From Candidatus Nanohaloarchaea archaeon (lineage in GTDB: Archaea > Nanohalarchaeota > Nanosalinia > Nanosalinales > Nanosalinaceae): DNA of 64,000 nucleotides. The notes under the pieces were generated by a model. It saw only the letters and a list, made by a program, of their open reading frames with translations. It was not told the origin of the DNA and searched no databases. The position numbers and the translations under genes are program-made. The DNA lies in contig CP046106.1 of assembly GCA_013343275.1 (NCBI GenBank), positions 416,001-480,000 of the forward strand, read 5' to 3'. Shown piece by piece: positions 35,757 through 45,344 of this stretch. Numbering within the stretch: the first letter of the stretch is position 1; each line of letters starts with the position of its first letter.

Positions 35757-38384
35757 ATGGAAGGAGACTACAATCCGGAGAAAATTGAAGAGAAATGGCA
35801 GCAAAAATGGGAAGAACAAAATACTTACAGGTATAAAGGAGGGGAAGGAGAAGTATTCTCCATCGACACACCACCTCCAACAGTTTCAGGAAACCTGCAC
35901 TTCGGCCACACCTACGGCAACACGCTAACCGATTTCCAGGCCCGCTTCCAGCGCATGCAGGGCAAAGACGTTTTCTTCCCGTTCGGATACGACAACAACG
36001 GTATTGCAAGCGAGAGGCTGACAGAGAAAGAGCTTGGAATCAAGCATCAGGACTTTGAACGCAGAGAGTTCCAGAAAAAGGTTCGCGAAGTCTGTACCGA
36101 GTACGAACAGAAGTTCGAGGACATTATGAAGGAGTTTGCTTTCTCCATGGACTGGTCGAATACTTACAAGACTATCGATCCGGAAGTTCAGAAAGTTTCC
36201 CAGCTGTCCTTCATCGATCTATACGAACAGGGCCGAGAGTACCGTGAGAAAGGCCCGGCAATCTGGTGTCCGGAATGCGAGACAGCAATCAGCCAGGTCG
36301 AGACGGAGGACGCGGAGCGGCACTCACACTTCAACGATATCGAGTTCCCTCTGGCCACAGGCAACGGCTCAGTTATAATCTCTACTACAAGACCTGAGCT
36401 TCTGCCAGCGTGCGTCGCGATCTTCGTCCATCCCGAAGACGAGAGCAACGAGCACCTGGTCGGAGAAAAGGCCGAAGTCCCGCTTTTTGACTACGAAGTC
36501 CCTATAATTGAAGACGAGAGAGTCGACAGAGAGACTGGTACAGGCGTCGTCATGTGCTGTACGTTCGGAGATCAGAACGACATCGAATGGTACCAGGCCC
36601 ACGACCTCGATCTCAGAGTAGCAATCGACAGAGACGGCACAATGACTGATCTGGCGGAAGACTACAAAGGCCTTGATACGAAAGAGGCTCGTGAAGAGAT
36701 TGTAGAGGATCTAGACAGCGAAGGATATCTAATTGATCGCAGAGAGATCACTCACACAGTCCAGGTCCACGAAAGATGCGATGAAGACATCGAATTCATG
36801 GTTACAGAGCAGTGGTACGTTGAACTGCTGGATCACAAGGACGAGTACCTTGAGGCCGGCGAAGAGATGGACTGGTTCCCTGAGAAAATGTTTACACGGT
36901 ACAAGAACTGGATTGAAGGCCTTCAGTGGGACTGGTGTATCTCCCGACAGAGAGACTCCGGAATTCCGTTCCCTGTCTGGTACTGCGAGGAATGTGGAGA
37001 AGAGATCATAGCTGACAAGGAGGACTTGCCTGTCGATCCTATCCAGGATACTCCTGTAGGAGAATGCCCGGAATGTGGCCACGACGAGTTCAGGCCTGAG
37101 AAAGACGTATTCGATACATGGGCCACCTCATCGCTAACTCCGCTGATCAACGCTGGATGGCACTGGAACGCAGAGGAAGAGGAATACGAGATGGAGAGGC
37201 CTGAGCTTTACAAGTTCGATTTGCGGCCTGAAGGCCACGACATCATCAGTTTCTGGCTTTTCCATACAGTTGTCAAGTGCTACGAGCACACAGGAGAAAC
37301 ACCTTTCGAAGGCACTATGAATCACGGGCATGTTCTCGACGAGAACAGGGAGAAAATGTCGAAGTCACGAGGCAATGTTACAACACCTCAGGAGATCCTC
37401 GAGGATTATCCTGTCGACGCGGCCCGTTACTGGGCAGGCGCAGTCAAGCCAGGCGACGATCTGCCGTTGAAGGAGAAAGATCTGGTTTCAGGGGAGAAGT
37501 TGCTGAGAAAGCTGTGGAACGCATCCAAGCTAGTTGACGACTTGACACCTGCAGAGAGACTGGATCTTGAAGAAGATAAACTGGATGAAGTTGATAGATG
37601 GATCTTCGCAGAACTGGACGATACATTGGAAGAAGTTACAGAACACATGGAGGCCTACGAGTTCTCCAAGGCCCGTGATAAGCTGCGGTACTTCTTCTGG
37701 CACACATTCTGCGACGACTACCTGGAGATCACAAAGCAGAGGCTCTCAGACGAAGATAAGAGCTCTGCACAGTATGCACTGCAGGAAGTTCACCGCTCAA
37801 TCGTCAAGATGTTCGCACCGTTCATTCCTCACATCACCGAGGAGATCTGGAACCAGATGCATGACTCGGGATCCGGAACGGTTTCCGATCAAGAAGACCT
37901 GTCTTCGCAAAGTATTCACCGCAGCAGCTGGCCTGAAGACTCGGGAATTGAGGCTGACCTGGAGGCCGGAGAGACAGCGATGGAAGTTATCTCCGCACTC
38001 CGGAAGTACAAGTCCAGCAACCAGATGGCGTTGAACGAGGAACTCGAACACGTCACAGTCTACGGCAACATCTCAGGGATGGAAGACCCTATCAAGGAGG
38101 CTATGCATATCGAAGAGCTCGAGTCAAAGGATGGAGAACCGGAGACCGAGAAGAAGATCATCGATATCAGCCTTGATTACTCTAACGCCGGCCCTAAGTA
38201 CGGCGACAAAGTCTCCGAGATAGAAGAGGCCCTGGAGAACAACGAATGGATGATCGACGACGGCCGATTAGAGGTTGCCGATGAGCACCTGAAGCCGGAG
38301 ATGTTCGAAGTCCACGAGGAACGGACTTACACAGGAGAAGGGGAGATGCTGGAAACAGAGAATGCTCTCGTTGTAATCAGGTAA
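35757..38384 (+). CDS. valS: Valine--tRNA ligase
   Basis: DTPPPTVSG.LHFGH, WDWCISRQR, DTWATSS, KMSKS. Confidence 0.97.
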   Translation: MEGDYNPEKIEEKWQQKWEEQNTYRYKGGEGEVFSIDTPPPTVSGNLHFGHTYGNTLTDFQARFQRMQGKDVFFPFGYDNNGIASERLTEKELGIKHQDFERREFQKKVREVCTEYEQKFEDIMKEFAFSMDWSNTYKTIDPEVQKVSQLSFIDLYEQGREYREKGPAIWCPECETAISQVETEDAERHSHFNDIEFPLATGNGSVIISTTRPELLPACVAIFVHPEDESNEHLVGEKAEVPLFDYEVPIIEDERVDRETGTGVVMCCTFGDQNDIEWYQAHDLDLRVAIDRDGTMTDLAEDYKGLDTKEAREEIVEDLDSEGYLIDRREITHTVQVHERCDEDIEFMVTEQWYVELLDHKDEYLEAGEEMDWFPEKMFTRYKNWIEGLQWDWCISRQRDSGIPFPVWYCEECGEEIIADKEDLPVDPIQDTPVGECPECGHDEFRPEKDVFDTWATSSLTPLINAGWHWNAEEEEYEMERPELYKFDLRPEGHDIISFWLFHTVVKCYEHTGETPFEGTMNHGHVLDENREKMSKSRGNVTTPQEILEDYPVDAARYWAGAVKPGDDLPLKEKDLVSGEKLLRKLWNASKLVDDLTPAERLDLEEDKLDEVDRWIFAELDDTLEEVTEHMEAYEFSKARDKLRYFFWHTFCDDYLEITKQRLSDEDKSSAQYALQEVHRSIVKMFAPFIPHITEEIWNQMHDSGSGTVSDQEDLSSQSIHRSSWPEDSGIEADLEAGETAMEVISALRKYKSSNQMALNEELEHVTVYGNISGMEDPIKEAMHIEELESKDGEPETEKKIIDISLDYSNAGPKYGDKVSEIEEALENNEWMIDDGRLEVADEHLKPEMFEVHEERTYTGEGEMLETENALVVIR

Positions 38385-38465
38385 TCTTCCTCTAACCTCT
38401 CTTCTTTCTTACCTCTTCTTTGCTTTCTGAAGTAGTTAAAAGAATTCAGGCCTCTTATCTTCTAC

Positions 38466-39707
38466 ATGAGCCAGAATCAAAACCACGATGAAATGAGCAA
38501 GTACCAGTTGAAGAAGCTGGTCAACAAGCTGGAGGACATCAGAGGCCGGAACACTGAGCTTGTATCGCTGTACATTCCTGCAGGATACGACATGTCGAAG
38601 ATCTCCGAGTTTATTACATCCGAATCTTCAGAGGCCGAAAACATCAAGTCGAAGCACACCAGGAAGAACGTGAAGGCCGCCCTTGACAAGATTTCCAGGA
38701 GGGTGAAGGAGGAGCCTGTTACCCCGGAAAACGGTGTTGCTTTCTTCGCAGGAAATGTCTCCGAACGCGAGGGACGGCCTGATATCCAGCTGTGGGAGGT
38801 TATCCCTCCTCAACCGATCGAATCACGCAGATACCGCTGTGACAAGGAGTTTGTTCTACAGCCTCTGAAAGATATGATCGTCGACGACCGAGTTTACGGA
38901 CTGATCGTTGCCGACAAGAACGAGGCTGCGATAGGATACCTTCAGGGCTCCTCAGTGAAGACCGCATATACACTATCATCTAATGTGCCTGGAAAGACCA
39001 GGGCCGGAGGACAGTCGGCACAGAGGTTCGCCCGTTTGAGAAAGGAGATGCTGAAATCCTTCCTCCAGGAGATAGCGGAGAAATCGAAGAACGCATTCAT
39101 GAGTAAGGCCCGCGAGGATAAGCTGCTGGGCATCATTATCGGAGGCCCTGGATTTGTGAAGGACAAGCTTGTCAGCGATGACTACCTTCATCAGGAACTT
39201 CAGGACAAGGTTATTGCGAACAAGTCGCTGGGCCACTCCGGGGAAGGCGCACTGAAGGAGCTTGTTAACAAGGCGGAGGACGATATCGAGGACTCTGCTG
39301 TTGTGCGTGAAAAGCAGTTAGTGAACGATTTCCTTGAGAACCTGAAGGAGGAGAACGGGAAATCCGAGTACGGCCTGGAACCTGTAATAAAGGCCCTGAA
39401 AATGGGTGCTGTAGATACCATTCTCATCTCGGAGGACTACGAATCTTTCAAGGCCGACTACGAATGTCCCAACGGCCACGAAGATACAGTCTTCGAAGAG
39501 GAGGCTGAGATAGAGGATTCAAAGGAGTGTCCTGAGTGCAATGAGGAGATGAAACTCGAGGAGATGCAGGACATAGTCGATTACATGGCAGGTAAGGCCG
39601 AGGAGATGAGTTCGGATCTTGAGATTATCTCCACTGATCACGAGGAAGGTCAGAGATTGATGAATATGGGAGGCGTTGCCGCCATCCTGCGGTACAGAAT
39701 CCGTTAA
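38466..39707 (+). CDS. prf1: Peptide chain release factor aRF1
   Basis: TELVSLYIP, NIKS, YRCD, GGQS, GGVAAILRY. Confidence 0.97.
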   Translation: MSQNQNHDEMSKYQLKKLVNKLEDIRGRNTELVSLYIPAGYDMSKISEFITSESSEAENIKSKHTRKNVKAALDKISRRVKEEPVTPENGVAFFAGNVSEREGRPDIQLWEVIPPQPIESRRYRCDKEFVLQPLKDMIVDDRVYGLIVADKNEAAIGYLQGSSVKTAYTLSSNVPGKTRAGGQSAQRFARLRKEMLKSFLQEIAEKSKNAFMSKAREDKLLGIIIGGPGFVKDKLVSDDYLHQELQDKVIANKSLGHSGEGALKELVNKAEDDIEDSAVVREKQLVNDFLENLKEENGKSEYGLEPVIKALKMGAVDTILISEDYESFKADYECPNGHEDTVFEEEAEIEDSKECPECNEEMKLEEMQDIVDYMAGKAEEMSSDLEIISTDHEEGQRLMNMGGVAAILRYRIR

Positions 39708-40366
39708 GCAGATTTTTCTATAAGTATAATGTAGAGATCGCGGGCCTTTCTGTATGCGATAACCGAGCCAACTGCTAGGATAACTGTTACTATTATCAGC
39801 GTGGAGAGGCTGTCGATCAGGCCTGCTATTCTCTCAAGGTATTTTTCGCTGCCTACCCACCAGCCAATCATCCCGAGAATGAAGTTACGGGGCATCATTC
39901 CGATGAAAGACCATATACCGTACTCTCTCCAGTCCATCTGGAAGAGGCCAGCGCTCCCGGAGATGAGTGAGAGAGGCACGATAGGTACCGCACGGAAGAG
40001 CGCTACATAGTATTTTTCCCGACCTGAGTCGAAATGGCTTTCCAGGTGCTGGACTTCCTCCCATTTTACGTCCAGATATTTACCGTACTTCTTGATGATC
40101 GGAGGGCCGCCGTAGTAAGCTGCGCCAAAGACGAAGTAGGAGCTGAGTACCGATGCGATAGATGCAGGTATCGCGATTATAAACAGAACCTTTACTACTG
40201 CCGCCGGCACTGTTGCGGCCTCTATCAGCAGGAATCCGGCAGCCATCGGTATGATAGGGGATGGAATAGGGACGAAAACTTCTTCGATCACCATTCCAAG
40301 CATTACTGCGAGAACTCCATGCTGCTGGATAAGCTCGAAAAGCAGCTGTACAAAACCATCTAACAT
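39704..40366 (-). CDS. DedA/VTT family membrane protein
   Basis: E..FVPIPS, YGKYL, RAVPIVP..IS..AG. Confidence 0.88.
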   Translation of the reverse strand: MLDGFVQLLFELIQQHGVLAVMLGMVIEEVFVPIPSPIIPMAAGFLLIEAATVPAAVVKVLFIIAIPASIASVLSSYFVFGAAYYGGPPIIKKYGKYLDVKWEEVQHLESHFDSGREKYYVALFRAVPIVPLSLISGSAGLFQMDWREYGIWSFIGMMPRNFILGMIGWWVGSEKYLERIAGLIDSLSTLIIVTVILAVGSVIAYRKARDLYIILIEKSA

Positions 40367-40414
40367 AGATTTCAGTTACTCAGGGAGACTTATGAAAAGG
40401 AAGGAGGGCCTCCC

Positions 40415-41863
40415 TCAGAGAAGGTTTTGCAGCAGTTTCCGGAGGTATGAGACTAGGCCCTGCAGGTCGTACTTCAGGCTATCCACCAGATCCGTACCCT
40501 GTCTGAAACTGTTTTCAGGTATATCCAGCTTCCTGATAGTCAGATTTTCTGCTTCACGGGAAGGCTCTGCCGAGTACACAGGGTAGTCGTAGCTGTTTAT
40601 CCTGTCGAGACAGTTACTAAACTTTTCTCTACTGTCGTACTTGCAGGGAGTCATATCCAGGTACTGGGAGAATATCTCCCACTTCCGTTCAGGACTGTCG
40701 ACCTTGCCGCTTACATTAAATTTCTCGTAGAGCCGGGATAGACGGCCTCCTCTCGACACGTAGTTCTTGATTATCAGCTCGGAGTAGGCATAGCCAAACT
40801 CTCGGTGCTCAGAATCGAAGCTGGACCAAGTCTTCATGAAATTCAGGTCATTCTGATAGTAGTTCCAGAGAACCTCAGGATCTCCTCTGGAAGGAACAAG
40901 GCTGTAGGTATTGTCGGAGGGATCAGGATCCCAGCGAATATCATCGCCAAAAACCTCTCCAGGAGGCCTCACATCCCTGTCCTCGCTGCTTAACTTCTTC
41001 CTCACAAGAAACTCAACGTATTCAGCAGTTCCCTCATCGAAGTAGGCCGAAGAGGTCCTGTCCCAGTTAAACTCACGGTCATTCAATCCGTGAACTGTCT
41101 CATGCGCCAGCACAGGTATATAGTCAGAACCTATATTCTGCCGGACCATCATCGAACCTCCGATATACTCACCGGCACTCCAGCTGTTCGCCACCCTCCT
41201 GTACACATCCTCAGGCATTGAAGCAACCGGGAACCGCTGGAATTCCTGCACAACACCTGTAGTACCTATCGAAATTTCATAGGCCATCGATGTATTCCCC
41301 CGATAATCTCCGAAGAAAGAGTAGTAACGGGTCTCATTCCCTTCTCCGAACTTTACACGGAGTGATACCGGGCCTTCTCCTCTGAACTTCAAGGTATTAT
41401 TTGAGTAAGATGTTTCAAAACCGTAGCTTTTCCAGCCTGAAATTAAATTATCGACGTGAAGCACTCCACGGCTCTCCTCTCCGCTAAAACCTGGCAGAGA
41501 TAGTTCTCTCTTGTAAAGGCCCCTGTATATCTCCTCGGCGTCTGCCGTGACATTCATCACAATTTTAACCGTCTCATTCATCCGTCTAGGACCAGAATTA
41601 GTCGTAATATGGATCTGCTGGCCTTCCACACGGTAGTCTTCTATCCTGCCTATAGAGTCTCTAACTGAGATTATCCCGGCCGATTTCGGTATCTGCCATG
41701 TAAGACTCCATTTATTCACCGGACAGTTACTCTCACAGTTCAGCTCTATCGAAGTGTTGAGCTGCATCCCGCTCTTAGATATACTGGCTTCGTGGTACAC
41801 ATCGGCAGATGCTGCTGATACAAGAGCAGCCGCCAGAAAAACGAGAAAAAGCAGTTTCCTCAT
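40415..41863 (-). CDS. Secreted gluzincin-type zinc metallopeptidase
   Basis: Signal peptide; LAHETVH plus downstream FDEGTAEY. Confidence 0.75.
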   Translation of the reverse strand: MRKLLFLVFLAAALVSAASADVYHEASISKSGMQLNTSIELNCESNCPVNKWSLTWQIPKSAGIISVRDSIGRIEDYRVEGQQIHITTNSGPRRMNETVKIVMNVTADAEEIYRGLYKRELSLPGFSGEESRGVLHVDNLISGWKSYGFETSYSNNTLKFRGEGPVSLRVKFGEGNETRYYSFFGDYRGNTSMAYEISIGTTGVVQEFQRFPVASMPEDVYRRVANSWSAGEYIGGSMMVRQNIGSDYIPVLAHETVHGLNDREFNWDRTSSAYFDEGTAEYVEFLVRKKLSSEDRDVRPPGEVFGDDIRWDPDPSDNTYSLVPSRGDPEVLWNYYQNDLNFMKTWSSFDSEHREFGYAYSELIIKNYVSRGGRLSRLYEKFNVSGKVDSPERKWEIFSQYLDMTPCKYDSREKFSNCLDRINSYDYPVYSAEPSREAENLTIRKLDIPENSFRQGTDLVDSLKYDLQGLVSYLRKLLQNLL

Positions 41864-41917
41864 GGAACAGTTATAGGGCGTGAAGGCATAAAAAGTTCCT
41901 ACAGCTGAAGAACAAGT

Positions 41918-42502
41918 ATGGCCATACTCTCCGACAAGGACATCAAAAAACTGATCAAAGAGGAAAACGCTGTATACGTGAAAAAAGGGCCTGAACTCGA
42001 CAACGAACTTCAGGTAGGGCCTTCTTCAATCGATCTCCGGCTCGGATACGACTTCACCTTCCCCGAGACACGGAAAATGAAAGCTCTAGATACTAAAGAC
42101 ATGGATAGCTTTTCACGCAAACAGAAGGAGATGAAGGCCTCTGCGGAAGAAGGGGTTGTAATTCATCCCGGAGAGTTTGTTCTTGGAACAACACTGGAAA
42201 CTGTTAATATACCTGATAACATGGTTGCAAGGATTGAAGGCCGTTCCTCGTACGCTCGTCTAGGCCTTATTCCTCACGCGGCGGGAGGTTTCGTTGACGC
42301 AGGTTTTGAGGGCCAGATCACGCTGGAGATTCAGAACCTTGGTAACGTGCCGATAACGATCTACCCCGAGGACCGTATCTGCCAGATGGCGATTGAGACT
42401 ATGACTTCTGAGGCCGAGAAACCTTACGGTGAGAAAAAGGATTCGAAGTACATGAATCAGGAAGGTGCTACCGAGGCCCGACTTGATAAGGAGAAAAGGT
42501 AG
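41918..42502 (+). CDS. dcd: dCTP deaminase
   Basis: ILSDKDI, SIDLRLG, GRSSYARLG, VDAGFEGQITLE. Confidence 0.95.
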   Translation: MAILSDKDIKKLIKEENAVYVKKGPELDNELQVGPSSIDLRLGYDFTFPETRKMKALDTKDMDSFSRKQKEMKASAEEGVVIHPGEFVLGTTLETVNIPDNMVARIEGRSSYARLGLIPHAAGGFVDAGFEGQITLEIQNLGNVPITIYPEDRICQMAIETMTSEAEKPYGEKKDSKYMNQEGATEARLDKEKR

Positions 42503-42543
42503 ATTTTAAGAAGAAAAAGTTGGGATGTGTCTGTGGTGGAACG

Positions 42544-42657
42544 TCAGAGGCATTCCTCATGGCATACGCCGTTTTCCTGCCTCTCCATGTCCTGATCGCT
42601 GTGTACAGCGTTACCACAGACTAGGCAAAAGCCTATCTGTTTTACAAGTTCTGGCAA
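42544..42657 (-). CDS. 37-aa zinc-binding microprotein (not in ORF track)
   Basis: TTG start after SD GGGGGAGGG; MPELVKQIGFCLVCGNAVHSDQDMERQENGVCHEECL (CxxC...HxxC). Confidence 0.7.
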   Translation of the reverse strand: MPELVKQIGFCLVCGNAVHSDQDMERQENGVCHEECL

Positions 42658-42775
42658 AAATTCCCTCCCCCGATGTAAAAATCATGTAGGAAGAATTATA
42701 ATTTCGATTGTAGCTGACACCAAACGTTCAGGAGATCAACCAGAGTTAAAAATTTCTCAAGGCCTTCTTACCTGT

Positions 42776-43522
42776 ATGAAACCTGTTGATGCACACTGCC
42801 ACATAGATTTCGACCAGTACAGCGAGGACCGTGAAGAAGTAATCCAGAGATCGAGAGAAAGACTGGAGTTTATCGTTAACGCTGGTAGCTGCCTGGAAAA
42901 CAACAGGAAGGCCTTACAGCTTCAGGAAGAATATCCAGACTTTGTGATAGCTAATCTAGGTCTGCATCCCACCTACACCGACAAGTTCGACCAGCTTGAG
43001 GAGGTAAAAGAGCAGATTAGAGAGGAAGATCCTGCTGCAGTCGGTGAGATAGGTCTAGACCATCATCATGTAGACAGCCCGGAGATGCGAGATCGGCAGG
43101 AAGAGGTTTTCAGACAGATGCTCTCCCTGGCCGAAGAGCTAGATAAGCCTGTTGTAGTCCATTCAAGGGATGCAGAGGAGAAGTGCGTGGATATACTGTC
43201 AGAGTACGATCTTGAGGGCGTTATGCTCCACTGCTTTAACGGCAGTCCTGAACTTGCCGGGAAAGCAGCTGACAGAGGATACTTTATCGGAGTTACCACA
43301 CAGGTTCTCTACTCGAACCGTGTTAAAGAAATTGTAGAGTCTTTAAGCATTGAGGACATGTTGTTAGAGACTGATTCTCCTTTCCTCTACCGTGGAGAAA
43401 GGAACGAGCCGTTAAACGTTATAGAGAGCGCCGAGAAGATTGGAGAGTTGAAAGAAGCGGATAAGGCACAGGTTGTGGAAAAGACTTCTGCCAACGCTGT
43501 CGAGTTATTCAGAGATGGCTAA
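42776..43522 (+). CDS. tatD: TatD family nuclease
   Basis: DAHCH, GLHP, GEIGLD, HSR, HCF, ETDSP. Confidence 0.95.
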   Translation: MKPVDAHCHIDFDQYSEDREEVIQRSRERLEFIVNAGSCLENNRKALQLQEEYPDFVIANLGLHPTYTDKFDQLEEVKEQIREEDPAAVGEIGLDHHHVDSPEMRDRQEEVFRQMLSLAEELDKPVVVHSRDAEEKCVDILSEYDLEGVMLHCFNGSPELAGKAADRGYFIGVTTQVLYSNRVKEIVESLSIEDMLLETDSPFLYRGERNEPLNVIESAEKIGELKEADKAQVVEKTSANAVELFRDG

Positions 43523-43567
43523 GCCATTAAATGTTTCCTAAATAATCCTTAATCAAGTGAATTCAAA

Positions 43568-44032
43568 ATGGTTTTCAACAAGATCAAAGACACTGTCAGC
43601 AGAGGAGAAAACATTGCAGTTTTCGTGGACGGCCCTAACGTCGTCAGAAAGGAATTTGACCTGGATCTTGACGAACTGAGAGAGGAAATAGAGGAAGAAG
43701 GCAACATAAAGATCGCGAAAGTATTCTTGAACCAGTATGCATCCGACAAACTTATCGAAGCTATTGTTTCACAGGGTTTCGAAGCTGCACTTGGCCTTGG
43801 AGGAGAAAAGGCCAAGGAGAGCGACGTAGATGTATACATGGCAGTCAACGCGATGGAATCAGTGTTTGATGATAATATAGACAAGATTGTGCTTGTTACA
43901 AGGGATACAGACTTCCTTCCTGTTATACAGAAGGCCAAAGAGCATGGTAAGGAGACGATACTGATCGGAATGGAGCCAGGGTTCTCAACTGCACTGAAGA
44001 ATGCCGCAGACAAAGTAATAGAACTTGACTAG
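43568..44032 (+). CDS. NYN-domain protein (TIGR00288-like)
   Basis: FVDGPN, DVDV, TRDTDFLP, ALKNAAD. Confidence 0.9.
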   Translation: MVFNKIKDTVSRGENIAVFVDGPNVVRKEFDLDLDELREEIEEEGNIKIAKVFLNQYASDKLIEAIVSQGFEAALGLGGEKAKESDVDVYMAVNAMESVFDDNIDKIVLVTRDTDFLPVIQKAKEHGKETILIGMEPGFSTALKNAADKVIELD

Positions 44033-44035
44033 AAA

Positions 44036-44362
44036 ATGGCGCCTATCCGCTTCGACATAATGGGGGCGCTGGATTTCATTTCCGGCATACTCCTTCTCTA
44101 CACAGTATCTCCTGTACCAGAAAGCGTGGCAATGATACACGCAGGATTCCTTATATTCAAAGGTGCTGGAAGCATGATTAACTCCGTAAGATTCCCCTTC
44201 TTCATATTCATACTCGGAGGTTTCGCAGACCTGATATCGGCATCAATACTTTTCTACGGAAAACCTCCCATCCTGATGGACCACAAGATCTGGATTTCAG
44301 GCCTCCTCTTCCTGAAAGGAGTCTGGAGCATGCTGGGCCTGATGTCAATTCAGTCCTCGTAA
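44036..44362 (+). CDS. Small membrane protein with internal duplication
   Basis: Two repeats G..D.IS..LL...L..KG..S. Confidence 0.75.
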   Translation: MAPIRFDIMGALDFISGILLLYTVSPVPESVAMIHAGFLIFKGAGSMINSVRFPFFIFILGGFADLISASILFYGKPPILMDHKIWISGLLFLKGVWSMLGLMSIQSS

Positions 44363-44508
44363 GTTCTCTTCAACTCTTCAATCATCCTGACCTTGACAGG
44401 GCTCTGCTCTTCCTCCTCAAAACGGTTCTTCAGCTCTTCCAAGGCCTCAACTTTTTTCTCATCAGAAAACTCGTCAAACTCGTCGGGGAGCTCGGACTCT
44501 ATATCCAT
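44350..44508 (-). CDS. 52-aa acidic helical protein (not in ORF track)
   Basis: Hand translation MDIESELPDEFDEFSDEKKVEALEELKNRFEEEEQSPVKVRMIEELKRTYED. Confidence 0.7.
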   Translation of the reverse strand: MDIESELPDEFDEFSDEKKVEALEELKNRFEEEEQSPVKVRMIEELKRTYED

Positions 44509-44540
44509 GAAAAGTACATTTTCTCCTAAAACTATTCAAT

Positions 44541-45293
44541 TTAACTGTTCAGAGAGTTGTTAATCCTCTTAAGCAGCTCGATAATCTGCTCGTTCTGAGA
44601 CTTCAACTCCTCGAAATCCCCCTGCGAATCAGCAACTGACTGAGAACTATCATCCGAGTGAAGGCCTGCATTCTCCATCTTTCTACGGGTATTGCTGCTT
44701 ACCTGAGGCTGGGAGCTACCACTCTGAGGCCTACCTGCCTGAGCATTCGGATTACCTCTCGACCTATTTCCCTGAGAACCTGAACCAGAACTATTTCCTG
44801 AAAGCGATCGGCCTCCAGAGTTACCTCTGCTATCCCCTCCCGAAAGGCTTCTACCAGAGCTACCTTGATTTCCAGTCCTTCCGCTCTGACCTCCGGACGG
44901 AGAGTCAAGTGAACGACCTGACTGACCTGAACCGGATGGCTGCTGTGATGGAGGGCCTTGCTGGCCGCCTCTACTGTTTCCCTGATTCTGGCCACTGTTC
45001 TGACCAAGGTTACCCTGCTGAGGGCCTGATTGAGGAGGGTTAGATGGTGAAGAACCATTGTTGCCGGGATTCTGCTGCGGGGAATTCCCTGGAGCAGCGT
45101 TTCCATTATTATTGTTATTTCCTGTTCTACCGCCGGAGGAGAATCCATCGCCTCCACCGTCTAGAGAACTATCTCCTGAATCTCCGAAACCGCCACCGAG
45201 GTCGGAATCATCGAAAGAAGATCCGCTGTTATCGTTGCTGCTGTCGGAGCTGTCCCCTCCAACTGCGTTCTTCACGTCGTCAAAAACTCCCAT
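44541..45293 (-). CDS. Low-complexity G/S/N/Q-rich disordered protein with C-terminal coiled coil
   Basis: Repeated GRSL(S/D) units; terminal ELKSQNEQIIELLKRI. Confidence 0.7.
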   Translation of the reverse strand: MGVFDDVKNAVGGDSSDSSNDNSGSSFDDSDLGGGFGDSGDSSLDGGGDGFSSGGRTGNNNNNGNAAPGNSPQQNPGNNGSSPSNPPQSGPQQGNLGQNSGQNQGNSRGGQQGPPSQQPSGSGQSGRSLDSPSGGQSGRTGNQGSSGRSLSGGDSRGNSGGRSLSGNSSGSGSQGNRSRGNPNAQAGRPQSGSSQPQVSSNTRRKMENAGLHSDDSSQSVADSQGDFEELKSQNEQIIELLKRINNSLNS

Positions 45294-45344
45294 ACAACTT
45301 ATTGCGGTAATCCGGTTAAATAAACTTTTGAAAAAGAGGCCTAA

